Below are positions 56,418 through 64,000 of a DNA stretch of 64,000 nt, piece by piece. The stretch is from Candidatus Thorarchaeota archaeon (GTDB lineage Archaea > Asgardarchaeota > Thorarchaeia > Thorarchaeales > Thorarchaeaceae): NCBI GenBank assembly GCA_048884965.1, contig JBHLQH010000001.1:128001-192000 (forward strand), in the 5' to 3' direction. A program made the position numbers and the translations under genes. Position 1 is the stretch's first letter. Every line of letters begins with the position of its first letter. The notes below the pieces were generated by a model. It worked only from the letters and a program-made list of their open reading frames with translations. It had not been told where the DNA came from and searched no databases.

Positions 56418-57323
56418 ATGGTCGCAACAAAAGATATGCCGCTGAAAGAATATGTACTGAAGGGAAATGCTGCGTGCGCTGGATGTCAAGATATGGTTGC
56501 CTTGCGTCATGCTCACAAAGCTCTTGAAGGTGATGTGATTCAAGTAGTTCCTGCATGCTGTACCAGCGTAGTTCAGTCACTCTGGCCAAAGTCTGGTCTA
56601 GCCATTCCAGTTCTCAATACCGCATTTATGGCCGCAGCAGCGACAGCATCAGGTGTTCGAGCTGCACTCAAGGCAAAAGGAAATGATCACACTACAGTCA
56701 TGTGCTGGGCTGGTGATGGTGGTACATTTGATATCGGTCTCCAAGCTCTGAGCGGTGCTCTTGAGAGGAGGACTGATTTCCTGTATGTCTGCTACAACAA
56801 TCAGGTGTATAGCAATACCGGTACCCAGCGTTCTGGTGCAACTCCCCTACATGCATCCACAACTACGACCTGGTTCGGGAAGACCGAACCGGAGAAGATG
56901 CTTGATTTGATCGTCGCAGCTCATGAGCCTGTCTACCAAGCAACAGCGAATACGGCATACCCACGAGACCTTTATGAGAAGTTCATGAAGGCAAAAGAGA
57001 TTGAAGGACCCAAGTTCATTCATATCTTCTTGCCGTGTCCTCAAGCCTGGAATTACCCTGTTGAGAAAGGCGTTGAGATTGGAAAGCTCGCCGTGGAAAC
57101 TGGCTATTGGATTCAATGGGAGCGAATGGGTGACGAGTTCGTTCTGGGCCGCGAGAGCAAACGCTTCCAAGACCCTGAAAAGCGAAAGCCGATAGAGGAA
57201 TTCCTCAAGCTTCAAGGTCGATTCTCACATCTCTTCAGACCGACAAAGGACGAGAAGAAGATTCAGGAACTACAAGATTATGTCCAGCATCGCTGGGATG
57301 TAATCCTGAGGACCTTTACATAA
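56418..57323 (+). CDS. porB: Pyruvate/2-ketoacid:ferredoxin oxidoreductase beta subunit
   Basis: ACAGC, TPP-binding GDGGT.DIG.QALSG...NN..Y.NTG.QRS and PCP..W. Confidence 0.95.
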   Translation: MVATKDMPLKEYVLKGNAACAGCQDMVALRHAHKALEGDVIQVVPACCTSVVQSLWPKSGLAIPVLNTAFMAAAATASGVRAALKAKGNDHTTVMCWAGDGGTFDIGLQALSGALERRTDFLYVCYNNQVYSNTGTQRSGATPLHASTTTTWFGKTEPEKMLDLIVAAHEPVYQATANTAYPRDLYEKFMKAKEIEGPKFIHIFLPCPQAWNYPVEKGVEIGKLAVETGYWIQWERMGDEFVLGRESKRFQDPEKRKPIEEFLKLQGRFSHLFRPTKDEKKIQELQDYVQHRWDVILRTFT

Positions 57324-57329
57324 TCGATA

Positions 57330-57359
57330 GGATGATGGGCAAAATCGCCCATTTCATCC
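57330..57359. terminator. Hairpin between convergent porB and M28 peptidase genes
   Basis: GGATGA-TGGGC-aaaatc-GCCCA-tt-TCATCC followed by TTCCTTTATTT. Confidence 0.6.
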
Positions 57360-57364
57360 TTCCT

Positions 57365-59428
57365 TTATTTCCAGTTCTTTTTAGCTGCAATTAGCCAAAG
57401 ACAAAGCCCTAGACTGAGAATAAGAGCCGCCCTTAAAGTAAGAAGTTGTACTGCGGTGTCAATTCGGGGATTGGTCCCTTGTAGATATTCTTCAAGATTA
57501 CTAGCACCATCATAGTCTGGGTCTTCCATTGAATCATCGAACAACGGATTCAATCCATTTTGTACTTCGAAATTATCTGGCATGAGATCTTGATCAGAAT
57601 CAATGCTTCTTGGATTGGTTCCAAGTAGATACTCTTCAAGATTCGTTAGTTGATCTCCATCTGCATCCAAATATGAATCATCTCGAGTTGGGTCAAAGGC
57701 AAACATAACTTCGAAGTAGTCTGGCATAGAATCTGCATCGCTATCATTCAGGAGTGGATAGGTTCCAATTCGATACTCCTCGAGATTTGTTAGTGAATCA
57801 CCATCAGGATCAAGATCTGCATCCGGTGTTAGCGCATCAGTTCCATTGATGACCTCCCAAGAATCGATGATTTGATCACCATCGCTATCCGCAAGCATCG
57901 GATGGGTTCCTGCTGCGTACTCCTCCGAATTATCCAGAAAATCATGATCGGGATCTTCCTCGGCATCAGGACGAGTCGCATCAGTTCCGTATGTATATTC
58001 CCAGAAATCAGGAAGATAGTCATCATCGGAATCCTGTGAGTAGGGTGACGTTCCAATGATTGTTTCTAGGGCATTACTGAGAGTATCCCCATCATCATCA
58101 ATTTGGAACTGTGATGCATCCAGCCAGAACTCATACCTATCCAGTATTCCATTCATGTCCAAATCAGTATCATAAAGGATTCCAAGGTTGAAACGCGCAT
58201 CACTTCCCTCCTGTCCAGAGAGAATGAATGAATATGTCCCTCTTCCTGTTACAGTGAAGTTGGATATGCTGCGATCGCCTGAAGTTTCTGTAATATTAAT
58301 CGTGGTCAAAAGGAATCCCTGTGGGGAGATGATTTTCAATGTAAAGCCCCCACCAACCCACGAGCCCTTGATCTCAAGGTTCGTTGATACAGTTATTGGC
58401 ACCTCAATCATGGAAGGCTGATTATTTCGTAAACGACCCGTGAAGACCTTCGTCATTGGCTCGATATGGGCTCTTGCCATTGTGTATGCCATACTAGCAC
58501 CAATAGATGCAACGGCATCAATTGCCACGGTATAGTTGTAGAGAGAATTATCCCATCTATCATTAGGACTATGATATGCTGTATCACGAGATGAACCTGA
58601 TTCGAATGCGAATATCACACTATCAAATCCCTCGGTCAGGAACGAGGCATGATCCGAGCGACCCCACACTGACATCTCTGTTCCTTCAACTGACTTGATC
58701 AGGTCCTTTCCATTTGCTTTACTCATAAAATCTGTGATCATGGCGTAGTTCATTGCAGCTCCTGAGTATCCTAGAATTACTCTCTCATCTGAAGGTGCTT
58801 CAGTATCTTCAACAAGAAGCATGTCGATATTATAATAGGTCAGAATCTCGATATTCCATTCATCGAAGATCTTGGCCACTTCATGACTACCAATCAGACC
58901 GATCTCCTCTGCATTCCATGCACAGAAGTATATGTCAAGAGGCCATTCATATCTTGAGAACACTCTCGCAAGTTCTATTGCGGCTGCGACCCCTGTTGCA
59001 TCATCATTTGCACCTGGAGATCCATGAACCGAATCGTAATGACCTCCAACCATCAGAACAGGACCTAGTCCAAGGTATCCCGGAAGTCGTCCAACTACTG
59101 ATTCATGGGCGCCCAACATCTGAGCTTCAATGCGTCCATTTGACACGACCCGGAGTTCTTCTACGATCCAGTCTCTCGCATATCGATTGTTATCAGCACC
59201 ACTTGGCCTTGAGCCATTCTCTGTGAGTTTTATAATCAGATTCAAGTAGTTCTCTTCAGAAACAGCTCTAAAGATATTAGAAGACAGATCTTCTCCGTAG
59301 ACTCGAATTAAGTCGTTGCTCTGAGAAACTGTGGATTGTGTCGTCTTCAGCGATTGGGCATCAGTCAGAAATAGACTACCTATGACAAGAAGAAGAGAAA
59401 CAAGCAGGGCAGTCTTAATTCGAATCAT
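57365..59428 (-). CDS. Membrane-anchored M28 metallopeptidase with ~11-12 Asp-rich Ca-binding repeats (paralog of 10082-11956)
   Basis: Signal peptide; GGHYD, GANDDATG, WPLDIYFCAWNAEE, NIDMLLV, SDHASF and YH motifs; DxDxDxLxNxEEYxxGTxP repeats; C-terminal TM helix. Confidence 0.9.
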   Translation of the reverse strand: MIRIKTALLVSLLLVIGSLFLTDAQSLKTTQSTVSQSNDLIRVYGEDLSSNIFRAVSEENYLNLIIKLTENGSRPSGADNNRYARDWIVEELRVVSNGRIEAQMLGAHESVVGRLPGYLGLGPVLMVGGHYDSVHGSPGANDDATGVAAAIELARVFSRYEWPLDIYFCAWNAEEIGLIGSHEVAKIFDEWNIEILTYYNIDMLLVEDTEAPSDERVILGYSGAAMNYAMITDFMSKANGKDLIKSVEGTEMSVWGRSDHASFLTEGFDSVIFAFESGSSRDTAYHSPNDRWDNSLYNYTVAIDAVASIGASMAYTMARAHIEPMTKVFTGRLRNNQPSMIEVPITVSTNLEIKGSWVGGGFTLKIISPQGFLLTTINITETSGDRSISNFTVTGRGTYSFILSGQEGSDARFNLGILYDTDLDMNGILDRYEFWLDASQFQIDDDGDTLSNALETIIGTSPYSQDSDDDYLPDFWEYTYGTDATRPDAEEDPDHDFLDNSEEYAAGTHPMLADSDGDQIIDSWEVINGTDALTPDADLDPDGDSLTNLEEYRIGTYPLLNDSDADSMPDYFEVMFAFDPTRDDSYLDADGDQLTNLEEYLLGTNPRSIDSDQDLMPDNFEVQNGLNPLFDDSMEDPDYDGASNLEEYLQGTNPRIDTAVQLLTLRAALILSLGLCLWLIAAKKNWK

Positions 59429-59540
59429 GCGGTGAGTGATTCCACTTTTCCAAAATAAGCTACTGATTCACGCGTTTTTCGGTTCTCTAGTTCACAATAG
59501 TCAAGCTATTAAGGGGTTTCTGTATAATTATGATTTACCG

Positions 59541-60812
59541 ATGCCAATGAAAGATATTCCATTTACCCTTCAGATAAAGGACCCCCTACATGGGTATCTT
59601 GGACTTACTCAGTTAGAACAGAAGATCGTGGATTTGCGACTATCTCAGAGATTGCGATACATCAGATCGCCAGCAGGAACACATCTGGTCTTTCCAGGAG
59701 TAGACACATCCCTAATGGGACGTATGCTAGGAGTCATGCATGTTACTCAGATATTTGTGGAATACCTCGGGGGAGAAATGGAAGAGGTCGAGAAGGCACG
59801 GCTCGCGACCATGATGTATTCGCTATCTTTTGGTCCGTGGGCGAATGTAATGGACGAGTATCTAACGACCCGTGGTCTTGATAGAAGAAAGATGGCGAGT
59901 CTTGTAGTACAATCAGGACCAGTTGCTGATATCCTGAAGGATAGTCGCTTTAGTGTAGCTGAAGTGCAGGATTTAGTTCTCAAAGGAGTTCCGATTAAGG
60001 GGATTAGAGTAGATCTTCTTACCACACCAATAAATCCAGAGCTAATCGATAATCTGGAACGGGACGCATATTTCGCAGGAGTTGAGTATGCACAATTAGA
60101 GTTCAGGCGGCTATTTGGTGCTACACGTATCGCGAAGAATAAGATAGCCTTCGAGCGTGGTGCATTGTTCACACTGGAATCCTACATGAGTGCAAACCTC
60201 AATATGTTTGATGCTGTCTACTATCACAAGACGGTCCGAGCTGCTGAACTAATGATCCTTAGAATCCTTGACGAAACGGGTTCACGTTTGATTCCGTATC
60301 CAGGTGATGACTTGGATGCCTTTCTGCTGAGTGATGATTTGACTTCTCATGACATCTTGCTTTCAGTTCAATCTGATGATCCTGAGGGAATGGTCAATGC
60401 CAATAGAATATTCGTTGATTATCGAAAACGGAATCTCATCAAAATGGCTAGCGCCAGGTCCATCTCCAATGATGCATTCTTGAAGAAGCTTAAGACTCCA
60501 GATGGTCTTTTTGCCGTAGAACAGGAAATTGCAGACGAAGTTGGCATTGATCCAAAGAATATCTACGTAGATTATCCTGATCGTCCATCAGTACCATACT
60601 ATCCTGGTAGACATAAAATGGATGATCTCGTTCTATTTGAGAGGGGGTCGTCTGGATATGAATTCTGGCCAGTAGATGAGATAAGCGAGCTGGCAAGAAG
60701 CTATAAGCGTAAGATGAAGACGATCAGAGTTTATACTACCAAGGGCTATCGACAGAAGGTCCGGAAAGTCGCAGATGACTTCCTTGAAAGCATAGACAAT
60801 CCTACACTATAA
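59541..60812 (+). CDS. SAMHD1/dNTPase-like HD-domain protein with degenerate metal-binding motifs
   Basis: IKDPLHGY, QRLRYIR, D.L.RDAYFAGV.Y and M..AVYYHKTVRAAE scaffold present, but the H...HD...D ligands are substituted. ATG 59541 preferred (track start 59436). Confidence 0.85.
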   Translation: MPMKDIPFTLQIKDPLHGYLGLTQLEQKIVDLRLSQRLRYIRSPAGTHLVFPGVDTSLMGRMLGVMHVTQIFVEYLGGEMEEVEKARLATMMYSLSFGPWANVMDEYLTTRGLDRRKMASLVVQSGPVADILKDSRFSVAEVQDLVLKGVPIKGIRVDLLTTPINPELIDNLERDAYFAGVEYAQLEFRRLFGATRIAKNKIAFERGALFTLESYMSANLNMFDAVYYHKTVRAAELMILRILDETGSRLIPYPGDDLDAFLLSDDLTSHDILLSVQSDDPEGMVNANRIFVDYRKRNLIKMASARSISNDAFLKKLKTPDGLFAVEQEIADEVGIDPKNIYVDYPDRPSVPYYPGRHKMDDLVLFERGSSGYEFWPVDEISELARSYKRKMKTIRVYTTKGYRQKVRKVADDFLESIDNPTL

Positions 60813-60821
60813 GGATTCTAG

Positions 60822-61352
60822 ATGCATCGTACATCCACACAATGTATATACAATCACTCCGATACAATTGGATTGGTGCAGAAATTGAGTATGGATACAA
60901 CTATAGGTGAGATGCAGAAGGACCCAAATTTTGGTCTAATCCTTCTTGGCGCACTACTATGGATTGCGGGATCATATATTCCCTTCATCGGTCCTTTTTT
61001 CCTGACCATTGGATTTGGCATTGTATGTACAGCTGCCGCTATCACTTCACTAACGCGGTCCTCTGAAAATGCTGTCTTTGGCCTGCTATTGGGAGGAATC
61101 ATTCAAGTCATTGGGTATTATCTCGCAGGAGTACTTCTCATTGGGCTGATTGCCCCTATTCCGATAGTATTGGGCGGAGTCTTAATCATCTATTTCGCAA
61201 TTCCGTTGGCTATTCAAACTGGAAGAGTTCCATTCATCGAAGAATTCCAAAAGAAAATCGATGCACAAAGACACAAAGATGAGAAAGTCGTTGATGCAGA
61301 TGTCGTCGAATCTGATGATGAAGACAGCTTTGATGATTCAGCAGCGAACTAG
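60822..61352 (+). CDS. Small membrane protein (4 TM, acidic tail)
   Basis: Two similar helical hairpins; the start is probably ATG 60891 or 60912. Confidence 0.65.
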   Translation: MHRTSTQCIYNHSDTIGLVQKLSMDTTIGEMQKDPNFGLILLGALLWIAGSYIPFIGPFFLTIGFGIVCTAAAITSLTRSSENAVFGLLLGGIIQVIGYYLAGVLLIGLIAPIPIVLGGVLIIYFAIPLAIQTGRVPFIEEFQKKIDAQRHKDEKVVDADVVESDDEDSFDDSAAN

Positions 61353-61423
61353 TCAAGCTAGACACACTCAGTCCATGAATGTTCATATGCTAAAGATGGT
61401 AATTCATACTAGATGCATTTTAG

Positions 61424-63709
61424 GTGATTCTCTTGTTCTCATGTAGCAAGTGCGGAAACGCCCTCTTCATACGTTCAGCTTATCTGAAAGACATGATATT
61501 GAGTCTGGATGTGCAATGCCTCAATGGACACAAGAGTGTTCGTAGAATTGCTGAGCATCAAGTTGAGGATGTTGCTCAAGAGCTATTCAGTCGTATGTAC
61601 AACTGCTTAGATTGCGGATACACCATGATGGTAGTTGGTTCTGAATCACATGGTGAGATTACAGAAAGTATTTTCCTGTGTCCGAATCATGGCCCTCAGT
61701 ATCGAGAATTTCCAAGCAAATATCTTGGGCACGTAAATCTTGCAGGAGCTGACCTTGATCCCTACATCGCGATCAGAAATTCATTTCGCTGCAAAGAATG
61801 TGGACTTGTGTATGCAGTAACTGATGTTGTAGAACGATCGGGAATACTTGAGCTTGCGACACGTTGTGCTAATGGGCATAGGGATACAAAATATCTTGCA
61901 CCTCAAATTGACGAAAGCATCTTGAAAAGAATACTACAACGTATCGTTCATTGTGATCGTTGTGGTCTTCCTGGACACATCTCGACAATAGAAGAGAGGA
62001 AGAAGGAAACTCGCTTGGTTGCTCTTTGCCCTACTCACGGTGAATCCAAGAAATCCATCCCCTCGAACATGCTGGCAATCGTACAAGCAGCAGTAGCTGA
62101 GATCCCTGACGATGCTGTCGTGCGTTCAATGTTGACTACCTCCAAATGTCATAGACCTCTGGTAATTCGAGAAATCGAAGAGACCTATTCCGGATACAAA
62201 TTCAAAACTATATGTCCTGGTAGAGGAAGCACTGGGGACTTTGTAATTCCTGTGAATTGGAATGAAAGAAACAATGAACTTGTTTCACAGTCCGTTCTTA
62301 CGTGCTCAGAATGTGGACTACAGACCCATATCCTTGAAGGAAGAAAAAAGAAGACCAGCATTGAATTCAAAGTCGTCTGTCCTATTCATGGAGTTATGCT
62401 CCGAGAGACCCCTCATGATATATTTGAGATTATCAGGAACACGTCAGCAGAATTCGATAGAATGCCATCACTGATTAGAAGCCTTGGATGCCAGGAATGT
62501 GGACTTCCCCTCACATTGCGTGATGTTGAACAGAAACGGAATCTCGTAGAATTCGACATGGATTGCAGAAATGGGCATCGCACAAAACGATTCTACGTAC
62601 CTAATATGGATCAAGATTCTCTGATTGGTCTTTACAAGAATCTCTACAAATGTCCCGAGTGCTACGATCCTGTTGATTTGGTTTACACAAAACCCGAAGG
62701 GAGAGAAACTCGGGTTGTGCTCCTTTGTCCTCTCCACGGCAAGCAAGTTCTAGATGTACCTGATAATCATGCGAATGCAATGAACCTTGCTTATGCTGAG
62801 ATCAAAGAAGATCGGATGAAACCTCGAATCGAAGCTATTCAGGAGGACCCTGCAGTTGAGCTTGAGGCTCGAACAGAATCGTCTGATATTCCACTGAAAC
62901 AAGTGGATGTTCTACGAGGGTGCGAAATTATTGGTGGTAAATTCGACTTCAAGGTAAAAGTAGCTAATAATACGGACTTCGTGATTACAAATGTGACAGT
63001 CAGTATAGTTGCATTTCCGCAGGATTGCATGGAAATCGGCGGCGAGAATGCCAAGACCATATCTCGAATTGAGGTAGGTGGGTTCAGAAGCCCCTCATTC
63101 ACTTTCTATCCTACGAAGGATTGTGTGCAAGGGAAAGTCGTGGCGACTGTTTCATATATTGATTTCAGGGATCAACTTCATACAATCCAGGTCGAGCCCT
63201 ATCTTATCAGATCTGTGTGCGACCTGCTCAAACCATCAAAAGCCACATCGCAACAATTTGATTTGATTTTGACGAGTCTCACAAAGGCTGGAGAAGAGCA
63301 AACCCTAGAGTGGAATCCAAAGATTCTCTTCACCAAGGCTGAGAAACTCCTTCCAGCTAAAAACTTCCATATAATTGATACTGATGAGAAGATCATCTCA
63401 GGTCAGTTCATAGGAACGATTCGCGGATATGCAGAAGGAAAATACACCGGAAAGAAAGTCGCTGTTGTTTTTCTTATTTCAGGTCCTGAGAATGGCCGCA
63501 ATTCAGCTGTCAAAGTCGAGGCACTTGGTGAGGATATCGCCATGCTTCCGACAACAATAGATGAACTGGCAGAAACGATGGATTCATGGATTTGTCTTCG
63601 ATGCGGTGCGCCGTTGGATACTGAGCAGGTTGATGAACTTGGTAAAAGGCAACCTATCAGATGCAGATACTGTTCACATACATTGACCATGGGGCTCTAT
63701 TTGATGTGA
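61424..63709 (+). CDS. Multi-zinc-ribbon repeat protein fused to an adaptin/coatomer appendage-like (Ig sandwich + platform) domain and a terminal Zn ribbon
   Basis: 8 repeats of CxxC-x21-C(xNGH|PxHG), one degenerate; then FKVKVANNTDFVITNVTV...GKVVATVSY.D...SVCDLLKP...QQFD; ends with CLRC...CRYC. Confidence 0.75.
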   Translation: MILLFSCSKCGNALFIRSAYLKDMILSLDVQCLNGHKSVRRIAEHQVEDVAQELFSRMYNCLDCGYTMMVVGSESHGEITESIFLCPNHGPQYREFPSKYLGHVNLAGADLDPYIAIRNSFRCKECGLVYAVTDVVERSGILELATRCANGHRDTKYLAPQIDESILKRILQRIVHCDRCGLPGHISTIEERKKETRLVALCPTHGESKKSIPSNMLAIVQAAVAEIPDDAVVRSMLTTSKCHRPLVIREIEETYSGYKFKTICPGRGSTGDFVIPVNWNERNNELVSQSVLTCSECGLQTHILEGRKKKTSIEFKVVCPIHGVMLRETPHDIFEIIRNTSAEFDRMPSLIRSLGCQECGLPLTLRDVEQKRNLVEFDMDCRNGHRTKRFYVPNMDQDSLIGLYKNLYKCPECYDPVDLVYTKPEGRETRVVLLCPLHGKQVLDVPDNHANAMNLAYAEIKEDRMKPRIEAIQEDPAVELEARTESSDIPLKQVDVLRGCEIIGGKFDFKVKVANNTDFVITNVTVSIVAFPQDCMEIGGENAKTISRIEVGGFRSPSFTFYPTKDCVQGKVVATVSYIDFRDQLHTIQVEPYLIRSVCDLLKPSKATSQQFDLILTSLTKAGEEQTLEWNPKILFTKAEKLLPAKNFHIIDTDEKIISGQFIGTIRGYAEGKYTGKKVAVVFLISGPENGRNSAVKVEALGEDIAMLPTTIDELAETMDSWICLRCGAPLDTEQVDELGKRQPIRCRYCSHTLTMGLYLM

Positions 63710-63711
63710 TG

Positions 63712-63999
63712 TCAATTTTCACCAGTCCATTCGATTCGAGGCTTGTCCTTTGCGTGGAGATGTGTTAACAATCGGTCTACCAAAGCATCAAGCAACTCAT
63801 CAATAGTCTGTGGCTTATGCCAGAACGCTGGGGACGCAGGAAAGATGGTTGCTCCTGCGGCTGCTACCAATTCCATGTTCTTGATGTGAATGAGATTCAT
63901 TGGTGTTTCTCGGACAAGGAGAACTAAGGGTCGCTTCTCCTTCAGGCTACAATCTGCTGCACGTGCGATAAGGTTGTCTGCATAACCATGAGCGATTCC
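63712..63999 (-). CDS. ubiX: Flavin prenyltransferase UbiX (5'-truncated by window edge)
   Basis: The frame is open to the edge: GIAHGYADNLIARAADCSLKEKRPLVLLVRETPMNLIHIKNM...GATIFPASPAFWHKP. Confidence 0.93.
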   Translation of the reverse strand, partial: GIAHGYADNLIARAADCSLKEKRPLVLLVRETPMNLIHIKNMELVAAAGATIFPASPAFWHKPQTIDELLDALVDRLLTHLHAKDKPRIEWTGEN

Positions 64000-64000
64000 T

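Noticed and set aside
1-64000. Selenocysteine read-through or programmed frameshifts (Asgard archaea use Sec)
   Set aside because: The redox proteins here (PreA, OsmC, PorD, Fe-S protein) have complete Cys motifs, their TGA stops fall at natural C-termini, and I saw no split genes.
1-64000. Mobile elements, prophage or defence island
   Set aside because: No transposase, integrase, capsid, restriction-modification or toxin-antitoxin motifs recognised, and no obvious compositional break.

Overview
Gene-dense archaeal chromosomal segment with about 50 CDS. I found no rRNA, tRNA, CRISPR array or transposase. Gene content is archaeal (isopentenyl phosphate kinase, SCP2-type thiolase with DUF35, porDAB, GGTGA/GGAG-type RBS). 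Proteins carrying longin-like and adaptin-appendage-like domains point to an Asgard archaeon, most likely Thorarchaeia; this taxonomy is inferred, not searched. Metabolic genes: preA (partial), mmsA, YhhN, LLM oxidoreductase, MFS transporter, glutamine-dependent nadE, GH4 glycosidase, IPK plus prenol/phytol kinase, LeuA/homocitrate-synthase family, acyl-CoA dehydrogenase, thiolase/DUF35, nitrilase-family amidase, porDAB and ubiX (partial). About 40% of the window encodes large membrane-anchored surface proteins: two M28 peptidases with Ca-binding repeats, an M6 protease on an 11 x 76-aa stalk, and two paralogous giant proteins of 1514 and 3329 aa. Highlights: (1) a ~120-nt multi-stem leader that occludes the Shine-Dalgarno-like sequence of nadE, a candidate archaeal NAD-related riboswitch, preceded by a perfect 14-bp palindrome; (2) a tandem pair of receptor-like proteins with the same head domain, a short vs long Ig-like stalk and different cytoplasmic outputs (longin+wHTH vs wHTH); (3) a protein with eight regularly spaced zinc-ribbon repeats fused to a coatomer/adaptin-appendage-like domain; (4) a second candidate structured small RNA at ~24.45-24.54 kb; (5) apparent pseudoenzymes (SAMHD1-like HD protein, LarA-like protein).
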